From NCBI GenBank assembly GCA_964569215.1, contig CAZMUU010000002.1:3781-33519 (forward strand): a stretch of 29,739 nucleotides of DNA, read 5' to 3'. The notes beneath the pieces are model-generated. The model did no database searches. It was not told the DNA's origin and saw only the letters and a program-made list of their open reading frames with translations. The DNA is from an uncultured Cytophagia bacterium (GTDB lineage Bacteria; Zhuqueibacterota; Zhuqueibacteria; Residuimicrobiales; Oceaniaggregativiventaceae). This document shows, piece after piece, positions 1-9,218 of the stretch (the stretch's first letter is position 1; every line of letters begins with the position of its first letter). Made by a program: the position numbers and the translations under genes.

Positions 1-513
1 ATTGGGAACAAAAATATCGTTTGTCCCAGTATGCCAGGCGACTACCGGAATGATGGTGTGAATGGGGCAAAAGCGTTTTCGGAACAATTGAACCGCTTTG
101 GCGAAACATTAAAGAGTGCCGGAATGCAACTGCATTACCACAATCATGCATATGAATTTGAAACCATCGATGGAACCACGAGAATGGATGTGTTGCTGCA
201 GAACACGGATCCACAACTGGTTATGATACAGTTTGATGTTTACTGGGTAACGCGGGGTGGGAAAGATCCCAAATCCATACTCAGCAACTATTCTGACCGT
301 TGTTCGCTTATCCACATGAAGGACATGGGAGATGACGAAGAGATGAGCGATGTACCGGTTGGTACCGGGATTCTTGATATCGGTGGTATCATCAATGCCA
401 GCAGAAAAGCAGGTGTCAGATGGTGTATCGTAGAGCAAGACAATACCATACGTCCTCCACTTGAGGCCATTGAAATCAGTTACAAAAACATGAGCTCGTT
501 TTTCCGGTCATAA
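1..513 (+). CDS. Sugar phosphate isomerase/epimerase (xylose-isomerase-like TIM barrel, AP_endonuc_2 family), 5'-truncated
   Basis: The frame is open from base 1 (IGNKNIVCPSMPG...). It carries the family motifs YHNHAYEF, QFDVYW, LIHMKD, GTGILD and CIVEQD. Confidence 0.85.
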   Translation: MGNKNIVCPSMPGDYRNDGVNGAKAFSEQLNRFGETLKSAGMQLHYHNHAYEFETIDGTTRMDVLLQNTDPQLVMIQFDVYWVTRGGKDPKSILSNYSDRCSLIHMKDMGDDEEMSDVPVGTGILDIGGIINASRKAGVRWCIVEQDNTIRPPLEAIEISYKNMSSFFRS

Positions 514-650
514 CGTTGCTGCTTGCAAAGCGGGTTAAAGCCTTCAGGGTGTGGCTTTTCCGACAACCCTGCATTTATTGACAAGTACCGGTTTAGTACT
601 TAAAAGCATCAGCAACCCGGGTTTGCACAAGTCGGCAAAGCCGAGAGGCA
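514..650. other. GC-rich intergenic segment with several complementary stems (candidate structured RNA)
   Basis: Pairings are 515-521/610-616, 524-536/614-627, 537-542/553-558, 545-550/566-571, 583-588/596-601 and 632-636/640-644. Confidence 0.35.
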
Positions 651-771
651 TATTTTGCGAAACCAAAAGATATTCTTGTCGTTTAAACTATAACGCAGAT
701 TGTTTTTCTTGCATTTTAAGACATTATTTATAACATTATTTTTATTGATCTATTTTTGCAGGAGGACAAAA

Positions 772-1398
772 ATGAAAGTATGGCAGGTTTTATTCATTTT
801 TGCGCTGGGTTATCATACGGTCTTTGCGCAAAGCGGAATTATTGATATTCATGCAGGATACATGAATCCCAAGGATGCAAAGGCTGGAATGCTTATCGGG
901 GGGATGTTTGGGACCAAAGTTGATGAAGCTGTTGACGTGGGTATTGGTTTTGATGTTTTTCACAAATCTTATGCAGACGTCAGTCAGGTTGCTCAATCAG
1001 ACGAAACCGGTTTGACCAGCAAGACATATGTGACCGAGGTGGATTATAGTCGAACCATTATACCGGTTCACATCGTCATCAATGTAAAAATCCGGGCCGG
1101 ACGTTATTTTGGGTATTTGATCAGAGGCGGCTTGGGATACCAGTTTTTGATCAGCAAAGAACAAAATTATGAACTTGAAACCACTGATACAAGACGGTAT
1201 GGGGGGTTGGGATGGCAGGGAGCTGCCGGGCTTTACTACAATGTCGGCGATCGTTCCACGTTAACAGCAGACGTTTTTTACAATAATGCCCAGGTCAGCA
1301 GGTCTGTTGACAAAAGCACTCGGGGTCTACCCACTCAGGAGCGGGTTAGTCTTTCCGGTCTGGGAATTCGTTTGGGTGTAATTCTTGATATGAGATAA
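772..1398 (+). CDS. Outer membrane beta-barrel protein (OmpA-like/OMP_b-brl type)
   Basis: GGAGG at 761-765 precedes the ATG at 772. The protein has a Sec signal peptide (MKVWQVLFIFALGYHTVFA-Q), alternating amphipathic Gly/aromatic strands and a C-terminal strand GLGIRLGVILDMR. Confidence 0.75.
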   Translation: MKVWQVLFIFALGYHTVFAQSGIIDIHAGYMNPKDAKAGMLIGGMFGTKVDEAVDVGIGFDVFHKSYADVSQVAQSDETGLTSKTYVTEVDYSRTIIPVHIVINVKIRAGRYFGYLIRGGLGYQFLISKEQNYELETTDTRRYGGLGWQGAAGLYYNVGDRSTLTADVFYNNAQVSRSVDKSTRGLPTQERVSLSGLGIRLGVILDMR

Positions 1399-1406
1399 CA
1401 GCCAGG

Positions 1407-1469
1407 AGACCTTTGCGAAGTGTCTTTTTAAAGGGTGGATCATGTAAACGATTTGATTCACCTTTAAAA
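1407..1469 (+). terminator. Two adjacent hairpins after the OMP gene (terminator-like)
   Basis: AGACCTT-TGCG-AAGTGTCT is followed by a T run. A longer stem, TTTTAAAGGGTGGATC (1426-41) / GATTCACCTTTAAAA (1455-69), follows with one bulge. Confidence 0.45.
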
Positions 1470-1486
1470 TTTGGGAACAGTGAAAA

Positions 1487-2317
1487 ATGTATGAACGGCA
1501 GATAAATATTGGCTTTGGGGGTACACTTACCCCCATTGTAAAAAAATTGCTGATGATTAATGTGGCTGTATTTCTAATACAGTTCATTTTTCGCGCGGCG
1601 TCCTATCCGCTTGAGCCAATCTTTGCTCTGATTCCCTATGATGTTATTCATCATTTTACCGTGTGGCAATTGGTAACCTACGCTTTTCTGCATGGCTCTT
1701 TTTTCCATATATTTTTTAACATGTTTGCCCTCTGGATGTTTGGCGGTGATGTGGAACGCGTACTTTTATCTGATCAATTTGTTAAATTTTATTTCATCAC
1801 TGCAATTGGCGCCGGGATCGTTCAAATGGTAAGCAATTGGGGGGAGCAGGTGATCATTTTGGGTGCATCCGGAGCCATTTATGGCGTTCTGGTGGCCTTT
1901 GCTGTTTTCTACCCCAATCGGGTCATTACCTTGTTGCTTTTTTTCATCATTCCGATCCGGATAAAAGCAAAATATATGGTAACATTCTTTGTCGGATTGT
2001 CTCTCTTTTTTGGAATTGAGGGTCATTTTTTCGGCGTGTCTGGTGGTACAGCACATTTTGCTCATCTCGGGGGAGCGTTGATCGGATTCCTTTATCTTCG
2101 CTGGCAACATTTGTTGGGAATAACGATTAGAGAAATACGATGGCGTCAGGAAAAACAGCGCCTTGATCGCTCGCGCAAAAAAGAACGAGATCGCGAACAG
2201 GTGCGCCAACGGGTTGACCAAATTCTCGATAAAATTAATACTGTTGGTATGGAGAATATCTCCGAGGAAGAAAGAAAATTTCTAAAGAAAGCGAGCGATT
2301 ATTTATCTGAGGACTAG
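1487..2317 (+). CDS. Rhomboid family intramembrane serine protease with a soluble C-terminal DUF6576-like tail
   Basis: It has the WQLVTYAFLHG and HIFFNM motifs, the catalytic GASG serine and the AHFAHLGG histidine. The tail is RVDQILDKINTVGMENISEEERKFL. Confidence 0.92.
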   Translation: MYERQINIGFGGTLTPIVKKLLMINVAVFLIQFIFRAASYPLEPIFALIPYDVIHHFTVWQLVTYAFLHGSFFHIFFNMFALWMFGGDVERVLLSDQFVKFYFITAIGAGIVQMVSNWGEQVIILGASGAIYGVLVAFAVFYPNRVITLLLFFIIPIRIKAKYMVTFFVGLSLFFGIEGHFFGVSGGTAHFAHLGGALIGFLYLRWQHLLGITIREIRWRQEKQRLDRSRKKERDREQVRQRVDQILDKINTVGMENISEEERKFLKKASDYLSED

Positions 2318-2318
2318 G

Positions 2319-3821
2319 TTGTTTTATATTAAAAGGGTGACAACAGCATTTTTATGGACAAGCCTCCTTCTCTTCCTCCCCAATTTCCTTCCGGCTGCGG
2401 ATTATATTTCTGTTGTGGACAAGGAAAAAGGTGCGTCAATCGCCAATATCAGAAGCATTGAGGCAGGGCGGTATCATTATGTGTCTGTGGACGAACTGGC
2501 TCGGGTGCTCTCTTTTCAAGTTCACAGCGATTCGAGGAAGAAGCAGATCGAGCTTCAATTGCTGGATAATACTGTCCGTTTGACCGCCTTTAGCCCGTTT
2601 ATTAAGGTTAATTCCAGACTTGTTCAAATCCCCATAAGTGTATTGTATCGTAATGGAACGTTTTATATACCACTCGAATTCTTTATGCCGCTGTTGTCAG
2701 ATCTGTCCATAGCCGTAGAATATAACCGGGAACACCGGGAAATTTATTTTGGCAGCAGAAACAAAAGTCTCGTTAGTGTTGAAATCATTGATTTGGATAA
2801 TGGTACACTGGCGCGTATTCATGGTCAGACTTTTAAACGATCCAATATTTTTACCAGCGATTCCAACGATTGGTTTTATATCGATTTTTATGGGGGTAAA
2901 GTCGATACCAGCGGAACGTTCGATATCGTAAACAAGAGCAATTTTATTTATAAGGTAATCCCTATTCAGTTGTCCGACGAAACCTGTCGCCTCTCCTTTC
3001 AATATCGGGGACAGATTAAAGAGAGGCAGGTATATGTAGATGAAGAACAAAGACAGGTTGTCATTTCACTTCGTACACGTGAAGAGATTTCGAATTCTCT
3101 GCTGGATGAGCTCGAAAAGGAACGGCAAAAGTGGGAAATCGATACAATTGTAATCGATCCGGGTCATGGCGGTAAGGATCCAGGGGCTATTGGCCGCGCC
3201 GGTACTTATGAAAAATATATCGTATTCGAGATCGCCAAGGAATTGAAAAAGCAGCTGCAACGAAACCTTCATGCCAACATTGTCTTAACGCGCGACAGGG
3301 ATAGATTCATTCCGCTTCGCCAGCGAACAAAGTTTGCCAATGAGATGGGCGGCAAATTGTTTGTCAGCATCCATGCTGATGCCAACAGGGTCCGAAGTGT
3401 AAATGGATTTACCGTATATTTTATGGGGCCGGCAAAAACAGAGCAGGCTCGTGAAGTGGCGCAGTTTGAAAATTCTGTAATTCGTTTTGAAGAATCACAA
3501 GATCCATACGAGAGCATTTCTGATTTGAGTTTTATTCTGGGAGCCAATGCCCAAAATGCATACAATAAGGAAAGCCAGGATCTGGCCGCACTCATCGAGC
3601 GTGAATTGTCATTGCATTGTGATATGAAAAGCCATGGCGTTCGTCAGGCGGGATTTTATGTGCTCTATGGGGCCTCTATGCCTAATGTATTGATAGAAAC
3701 CGGATATATCTCAAACTATCGGGACGAGAGAAAGTTAAAGGATAAGAATTTCCAGAAAAAAATCGCCCGGGCCATATGCAATGGCATTCTGCATTTTAAG
3801 AAGAGATACGAATCCCTCTAG
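2319..3821 (+). CDS. N-acetylmuramoyl-L-alanine amidase (Amidase_3) with signal peptide and N-terminal accessory domains
   Basis: The TTG start lies 1 nt after the rhomboid stop, with GAGGA upstream. Zn-binding and catalytic motifs are IDPGHGGKDPGA, EK, SIHAD and VLIETGY. Confidence 0.95.
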   Translation: MFYIKRVTTAFLWTSLLLFLPNFLPAADYISVVDKEKGASIANIRSIEAGRYHYVSVDELARVLSFQVHSDSRKKQIELQLLDNTVRLTAFSPFIKVNSRLVQIPISVLYRNGTFYIPLEFFMPLLSDLSIAVEYNREHREIYFGSRNKSLVSVEIIDLDNGTLARIHGQTFKRSNIFTSDSNDWFYIDFYGGKVDTSGTFDIVNKSNFIYKVIPIQLSDETCRLSFQYRGQIKERQVYVDEEQRQVVISLRTREEISNSLLDELEKERQKWEIDTIVIDPGHGGKDPGAIGRAGTYEKYIVFEIAKELKKQLQRNLHANIVLTRDRDRFIPLRQRTKFANEMGGKLFVSIHADANRVRSVNGFTVYFMGPAKTEQAREVAQFENSVIRFEESQDPYESISDLSFILGANAQNAYNKESQDLAALIERELSLHCDMKSHGVRQAGFYVLYGASMPNVLIETGYISNYRDERKLKDKNFQKKIARAICNGILHFKKRYESL

Positions 3822-4732
3822 CCCTCAAATTTTATCCCCTGGCGGGAACCTCTTTTACGGAACTCATTTTCCACACATTGGAAGACTCTGTATTTGTTTA
3901 AGGCCCATCGCGGTGCAATTAGAATTTTATCGGGGGCTTCTGCGCTTAATCTCTGTATAACCATCCGTGAAGGAAGTTCCTCTATAAAATCACAAACCTG
4001 TTCCGTATAATCGGCAAGGGATAACGCTTTTATCTTGCTCCCCCTGTAGAGTTCAGCCAATGGCGTTTCTTCCAGTATAAGGAGCGGATGAATTTTTACT
4101 TCGTGAATAACCGAAGCTGCAATCTTTTTAGCAGAAGATATGATTTCCTTTTTCCCCTCTCCGGGAAGGCCGAGCATCATATGGGTGCAGATGCGTACCG
4201 GTAAGGGCGTTAATCGCTCTACGGCAGAAAGATAATCTTGGTATGAATGGCCCCGTTGAATCCTCTTAAGGGTAGAATTATGAGTGCTCTGCAAGCCCAA
4301 CTCGATCCAAAGATCGGTTTCCCCTGCGATCGTTTTTAAAAGCTCGATCACACCTGCAGACAGGCAATCCGGTCTTGTAGCGATAGACAACCCAACAACG
4401 CCTTTATGGGTTATCGCTTTCCGGAACATCGTTTCCAGGGCGTCAACTGGTGCATAAGTATTCGTTGAAGCCTGAAAATAGACGATATATTTGTCGATGT
4501 GAAGGCGCTCACGGGCCTGAAGAATTCCCTGTTCAATTTGATCATCAATATCAATTTTTTTCAGGGATTGCATCTTGGAAAAACTGTCAACGCGGCAAAA
4601 TATACAACCGTTATAACCCTTTTTGTTTCTCCTGTTAGGACAGGAGAAACCGGCATCAACGCAGACTTTGTATACTTTTTCTCCATAATGACTTTTAAGA
4701 TATTGAGAGAATTTGTAATAGGGGGGCTGCAT
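3818..4732 (-). CDS. TIGR01212 family radical SAM protein (YhcC/YtqA-like)
   Basis: It has the family-typical DAGFSCPNR...GCIFC cluster motif, plus YFQASTNTY, IATRPDC, IELGLQS and HPLLIL. Confidence 0.92.
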   Translation of the reverse strand: MQPPYYKFSQYLKSHYGEKVYKVCVDAGFSCPNRRNKKGYNGCIFCRVDSFSKMQSLKKIDIDDQIEQGILQARERLHIDKYIVYFQASTNTYAPVDALETMFRKAITHKGVVGLSIATRPDCLSAGVIELLKTIAGETDLWIELGLQSTHNSTLKRIQRGHSYQDYLSAVERLTPLPVRICTHMMLGLPGEGKKEIISSAKKIAASVIHEVKIHPLLILEETPLAELYRGSKIKALSLADYTEQVCDFIEELPSRMVIQRLSAEAPDKILIAPRWALNKYRVFQCVENEFRKRGSRQGIKFEG

Positions 4733-4805
4733 TTATTTAACACTTGTATGAAAGAAAGAGAGGATCTTGTTTAACAGATGAATAAAAAAAACCACTCCCC
4801 TCTTC

Positions 4806-5414
4806 TTATTTTATGATTTTTTTTGCTATCAGATACTCTAGAATTTTTTCGACACATTCATTCAGCGAGAGATCTCCGGTATCGAGAATCAATTCGGCGT
4901 TCGTTGGTTCCTCGTAAGGGGCGGAAATGCCGGTGAACTCTTTGATTTCGCCTGCACGAGCTTTTTTATATAATCCTTTGGGATCCCGTTGTTCCGCTAT
5001 ATCCAGAGGGACCTTGACATATATTTCAATGAACTCATCTTTGTTTAACAATGAGCGGGCTTGATCCCGATCTTTTCTGTAGGGGGAGATAAAAGCGGTC
5101 ATGGCGATAAGGCCGGCGTCGGCAAACAATTTAGCCACTTCGCCTATTCGCCGTATATTTTCTTCGCGATCCTCAGGAGAAAACCCCAAATTTTTATTCA
5201 GACCATGTCGAACATTATCCCCGTCCAAAACAAAGCATAAATGTCCTCTTTCAAAGAGTTTCTCTTCCAAAGCACGCGCAAGCGTTGATTTTCCCGATCC
5301 CGAGAGGCCGGTAAACCATATTACAATTCCATTTTGCTGTAATAGATGCTGTCGATTTTCCTTGTTGATTTGACCGTCGTGCCAGTGAATGTTGGTCGCT
5401 TTTTGTATCGTCAT
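4806..5414 (-). CDS. cysC: Adenylyl-sulfate (APS) kinase
   Basis: It has the P-loop [12 protein letters not shown] and the motifs [33 protein letters not shown] and [11 protein letters not shown]. Confidence 0.98.
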   Translation of the reverse strand: MTIQKATNIHWHDGQINKENRQHLLQQNGIVIWFTGLSGSGKSTLARALEEKLFERGHLCFVLDGDNVRHGLNKNLGFSPEDREENIRRIGEVAKLFADAGLIAMTAFISPYRKDRDQARSLLNKDEFIEIYVKVPLDIAEQRDPKGLYKKARAGEIKEFTGISAPYEEPTNAELILDTGDLSLNECVEKILEYLIAKKIIK

Positions 5415-5437
5415 TTGATATCCTTTGTCAATTTTGT

Positions 5438-6610
5438 TTATTCATTTTTAGACTGATAGTAATCTACAAGTATTTTTACAACTTCGGGACGGCTGAATTC
5501 CTTGGGTACAGGTTCCCCGTTTTCCAGCATTTCTCGCAACTTTGTTCCGCTGATCAACACCCTGTCTTCTTTATCATGTGGACAGGTTTTCATGGAGGCC
5601 ATACCATCGCACTTGTAGCACCAGAACGTCCAGTCGATTTTCAAAGGTTTAATGGCGAGTTTATCAGAGGGAATTTCATCAAAAATAGTTTGGGCGTCAA
5701 AGGGGCCGTAATAATTTCCAACCCCGGCATGGTCCCGTCCGACAATCAAATGGCTGCAGCCATAATTTTGTCTAAAGATAGCGTGCAGAACCGCTTCCCG
5801 GGGGCCGCCATACCGCATTTCCATCGGATATACTTTAAGCACCACCCGATTTTCAGGGTAATACTGTTCCAACAGAGTTTTATAACATTTCATCCTGATA
5901 TCAGCGGGGATATCTCCGGGTTTGAGTTTTCCAACCAGGGGATGAATAAGGAGTCCATCACTTACCTCCAGAGCAATTTTTGTACAATATTCGTGCGAGC
6001 GATGGATAGGATTTCTTGTTTGAAATCCGGCGACAGTTTTCCAGTTATGCTCACTGAAAAGGCGACGAGTTTCCTGGGGACGGGCATAATAGTCACCGTA
6101 GATTTCCGGATAGGGGCCTTCACTCAGGCATTGTACAGCGCCTGATACATAATATTCTTTTTGCGCATAAATTTTTGCCACACCTGGGTGATCCTGATCT
6201 GTGGTTCGAAAGACATGCCTGGCTTCCTTTTCTTTGTCGTAGGCGTAGATATCATGAATGGTCAAAACCCCCATGATTTCATCTGTTTCGTCATCAATCA
6301 GAGCTGTTTGGTTGCCCTCTTTTAGCCCATCTGTCTCATTTTTAGAGGCTGACAGAGTTATAGGGATGGGCCACAGCGTTCCGTCCTGCAAGTGCATATG
6401 TTCAACAACGGTTTTATAATCTTCCGGGCCCATAAAGCCTTCGAGTGGACTAAAAGCGCCTATTGCCAGCATGATCAAGTCGGATGTTTCTCGCGATGTC
6501 AGACGTAAGGATTTCAGAGTTTTCGCTTTATTGATCAGTGCTTTTTTTTCTTCGCCTTCAACCAATAATGGTTTTAGTTTACCTCCATGTGGGGCGACCA
6601 GGTCGGACAT
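5438..6610 (-). CDS. sat: Sulfate adenylyltransferase (homo-oligomeric Sat type)
   Basis: Motifs are [49 protein letters not shown] and ISGTKLR. The start is placed at the ATG at 6610, which has AGGAG upstream; the ORF-track extension to 6712 runs into the promoter. Confidence 0.97.
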   Translation of the reverse strand: MSDLVAPHGGKLKPLLVEGEEKKALINKAKTLKSLRLTSRETSDLIMLAIGAFSPLEGFMGPEDYKTVVEHMHLQDGTLWPIPITLSASKNETDGLKEGNQTALIDDETDEIMGVLTIHDIYAYDKEKEARHVFRTTDQDHPGVAKIYAQKEYYVSGAVQCLSEGPYPEIYGDYYARPQETRRLFSEHNWKTVAGFQTRNPIHRSHEYCTKIALEVSDGLLIHPLVGKLKPGDIPADIRMKCYKTLLEQYYPENRVVLKVYPMEMRYGGPREAVLHAIFRQNYGCSHLIVGRDHAGVGNYYGPFDAQTIFDEIPSDKLAIKPLKIDWTFWCYKCDGMASMKTCPHDKEDRVLISGTKLREMLENGEPVPKEFSRPEVVKILVDYYQSKNE

Positions 6611-6683
6611 GATTTCAGCTCCTTTTTGAATTTTTTTTGGTGCGAAAAACAGAGGATGCCGGGGACATTTGATTATAGCTTGT

Positions 6684-6712
6684 AACTTAGTAGATTTTTG
6701 ATTAAATGTCAA
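6684..6712 (-). promoter_or_regulatory. Sigma70-type promoter of sat-cysC
   Basis: The minus strand reads TTGACA (6712-6707), N17, TAAGTT (6689-6684). Confidence 0.65.
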
Positions 6713-6812
6713 TGCTTTAAATACTATATCTCTTCAGCAAAAGAGAGACACAACCTTTTGTAAAAATATATATTGACGCTATGGAAGAAATGGCGAAAAA
6801 TAAAAAGAGCGT

Positions 6813-7748
6813 TTATTTTCCCGGATAAGCTTTACCCTCTATTTCAGCTATATATCTCTCTGCCTCCATACCGGACTGACATCCCGAGCCTGCAGCGGTA
6901 ATGGCTTGACGATAAATGGAGTCCTGAACATCGCCGCATGCATATACACCGGGTATGTTTGTCCGGGTTCGTCGATCCGTGGTAATATTATCGTTTTCAT
7001 CCAGCTCTACCTGGCCCCGAAATAGATCGACATTGGGTTTATGACCAATAAAGATAAAAACTCCATCGATGTCCAGGTGGCTGATTTCACCGGATTTTGT
7101 GTTTTTCAATTTGAGTTTTTCTACCGTTTGATCTCCCATTATTTCTTCGACCACGGTATCCCAGATAAATTCGATTTTTTTGTTTTCAAAAGCTCGTTCC
7201 TGCAAGATTGCATCGGCCCGGAGCCGGTCGCGTCGATGAATGATGGTTACTTTGGCTGCGTGCCTGGTTAAAAAGATACCTTCATCCAGCGCGCTGTTTC
7301 CACCGCCAACCACGACAACATGTTTGTCGGTAAAGAAAAACCCGTCGCAAGTTGCGCAATAAGAAACGCCTTTGCCGATGAATTCCTTTTCCCCGGGGGT
7401 GTTCAATTTTTTTGGATTAGAACCGGTCGCTATGATAACCGATTTTGTTTGATATTCATTGTTTTGTGTTTTTACAATTTTTGGATCTTCTTTCAGATTC
7501 ACGTTGATTGCCAGGTCATAAACAATTTCGGTTCCGAATTTTTTTGCCTGACTTTCGAAGAGCTGGTACATTTCAAATCCACCCAGTCCTTCCGGAAAAC
7601 CCGGAAAATTTTCCAAATCACTGGTTAGTGTTACCTGCCCGCCTCTGTCAAGTCCGGAGAGTAAAAGAGGTTTGAGGTTTGCTCTGCCGGCATAAATCGC
7701 TGCGGTTAATCCGGCGGGCCCGGAACCAATGATAATCACTTCGTGCAT
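6813..7748 (-). CDS. trxB: Thioredoxin-disulfide reductase
   Basis: It has the FAD motif IIGSGPAG, the redox-active GVSYCATCDG, the NADPH motif VVGGGNSA, HRRD and GDV...RQAITAAG. Confidence 0.97.
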   Translation of the reverse strand: MHEVIIIGSGPAGLTAAIYAGRANLKPLLLSGLDRGGQVTLTSDLENFPGFPEGLGGFEMYQLFESQAKKFGTEIVYDLAINVNLKEDPKIVKTQNNEYQTKSVIIATGSNPKKLNTPGEKEFIGKGVSYCATCDGFFFTDKHVVVVGGGNSALDEGIFLTRHAAKVTIIHRRDRLRADAILQERAFENKKIEFIWDTVVEEIMGDQTVEKLKLKNTKSGEISHLDIDGVFIFIGHKPNVDLFRGQVELDENDNITTDRRTRTNIPGVYACGDVQDSIYRQAITAAGSGCQSGMEAERYIAEIEGKAYPGK

Positions 7749-7820
7749 TTTATCCTCCAGATTTATAATTATATCAACTCATCGTTTAGATGTGAGAGAA
7801 TGTAAAACGTTTCACTTTTT

Positions 7821-8558
7821 TTAAACGGGGTTGGGAATATCTATGAATTGCACTGGAATATTAAAATTTTTTTCCAGTTCTTTCCCCAGCGCCTGTATGC
7901 CGAAGCGCTCGGTTGCGTAATGACCGGCAGCAATGAAATGTATATTCCCCTCTTTGGCCATATGCATCGTCGGCTCTGATGCTTCACCGGTTATAAAAGC
8001 ATCCAGTCCGGCTTTGATGGCGAGAGTCAGATCTTTTGCCGCCCCACCAGAGCAAAGTCCTATTTTTTTTATTTGGTCCGGACCATAGGAAAAGATCAAA
8101 GGGTTTACCTGGAAGACCTGCTTGATTTTTTTGGTCAATTCTTCAACAGAGAGATCAATATGCCCGGCAAGTCCAACGGTTCCCAACTCTTCAAGGTTGG
8201 TTATTCCCAGCAGTTTCGCTGCAATCGCATTATTTCCAATGTCGGGATGTTTGTCCAGTGGTAAATGATATGCCAAAAGCGATATTTCGTGTTCGAACAG
8301 CGTCTTCAGACGTCTTTTGAAATTGTTTTTGATCACTCGCTCATCGCGATCCCAGAGAATTCCATGGTGCACAATGATAAGATCTGCATTGAGGTCTGCT
8401 GCCTTTTCAAAGAGTTCCAGACTTGCTGACACGGCTGTAACGGCATTATTGATTTTTTCTTTGCCCTCAACCTGCAAGCCGTTGGGGCCATAATCCTGGA
8501 ACTGATCAACAGCTAATCTTTCATCGAGATATTCAATAATTCTATTGCGATGTACCAT
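7821..8558 (-). CDS. Nif3-like dinuclear metal center protein (YbgI/DUF34)
   Basis: Motifs are DYGPNGLQVEG, IIVHHG, YHLPLDKH, GNNA, FITGE and GHYATE. Confidence 0.95.
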   Translation of the reverse strand: MVHRNRIIEYLDERLAVDQFQDYGPNGLQVEGKEKINNAVTAVSASLELFEKAADLNADLIIVHHGILWDRDERVIKNNFKRRLKTLFEHEISLLAYHLPLDKHPDIGNNAIAAKLLGITNLEELGTVGLAGHIDLSVEELTKKIKQVFQVNPLIFSYGPDQIKKIGLCSGGAAKDLTLAIKAGLDAFITGEASEPTMHMAKEGNIHFIAAGHYATERFGIQALGKELEKNFNIPVQFIDIPNPV

Positions 8559-8587
8559 GTACGGGCCAGCCTGTTTGTCTTTTTTCT

Positions 8588-9169
8588 TTAAAATGTATTA
8601 TGATGTAAAACGTTATCCAGGGGTCTCTTTGGGACGTGTAATACTCCGGACTTGTCTTTATAGTATTTGATCGAATCTGAACTCGGTTCCATAATGGGAT
8701 GTTCAGCCGGATATCCCAATGCCAACACACTGTCAATATCATAAGAAGGGGGGATATTTAACAGTTTCTGTATGGCCTCCCGATTGATGCTACCCAGCCA
8801 ACAGGAGCCAACCCCCTCATCTAGTGCGACCAGTATCATATTTTCAATGGCTGCACCGACATCCCGTTCTCCGCCCTGGGCGCGGATATTTCGATTCAGC
8901 AAAACCACGATATATGCCGTGGGTTCTTGTCCTTCAGGGGGTCTGCCATCCTTCTCGGGCAAATAACCGGCCCACTGGGTGTGTGGAAAGAGGTTGACGA
9001 TTATATCATCATCATCGACGATGATGAATTCCAGAGGTTGTAAATTGGCGCCTGACGGAGCGAGTCTGCCGCTATCGACAATTGATTTTAAACTGCTGAA
9101 AGCGATATGTCTGGACTGGAATCGCCGAATAGTCCGGCGGTTATAGATGAGATCTTTTATACTATTCAT
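8588..9169 (-). CDS. Nitroreductase family protein
   Basis: Motifs are RRTIRRF, APSGANLQPLEFI, D.GAAIENMILVA, GVGSCW and LALGYP. The ATG at 9169 is preceded by GGAG. Confidence 0.93.
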   Translation of the reverse strand: MNSIKDLIYNRRTIRRFQSRHIAFSSLKSIVDSGRLAPSGANLQPLEFIIVDDDDIIVNLFPHTQWAGYLPEKDGRPPEGQEPTAYIVVLLNRNIRAQGGERDVGAAIENMILVALDEGVGSCWLGSINREAIQKLLNIPPSYDIDSVLALGYPAEHPIMEPSSDSIKYYKDKSGVLHVPKRPLDNVLHHNTF

Positions 9170-9218
9170 AAGTCGAGTCTCCGCATAAGATAAATCCAAA
9201 TTTTTAAATCAGGAAAAC

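Noticed and set aside
514-620. SRP RNA, 6S RNA, tRNA or hammerhead/pistol ribozyme identity for the structured spacer
   Set aside because: There is no SRP helix-8 CAGG..GNRA..AGCAG arrangement, no cloverleaf with a TpsiC arm, and no CUGAUGA/GAAA or pistol core on either strand.
626-665. GGCAAAGCC-GAGA-GGC resembling the start of a c-di-GMP-I riboswitch
   Set aside because: The required following GACGCAAAGC/P2 segment is absent.
1201-1230. Canonical G-quadruplex motif in the OMP gene
   Set aside because: It is explained by the Gly/Trp codons of the strand GGLGWQGAAG, with no independent support.
1766-2221. 151-aa minus-strand ORF and the many other short overlapping ORFs in the track
   Set aside because: They lie wholly within confidently assigned genes on another frame or strand and show no domain signatures.
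5576-6145. 189-aa plus-strand ORF
   Set aside because: It is an antisense shadow of sat, with no recognisable motifs and no RBS.
5438-6610. Sat as evidence of dissimilatory sulfate reduction or sulfur oxidation
   Set aside because: It is paired with cysC, and no apr, qmo or dsr genes are in the window.
6611-6712. ORF-track N-terminal extensions (sat 6712, OMP 700, nitroreductase 9199, EIIA 9380, SpoIID 12789, nadB 14870, NHL 27689)
   Set aside because: Downstream starts have Shine-Dalgarno or promoter support and match the family N-termini, and several extensions overlap promoter elements.
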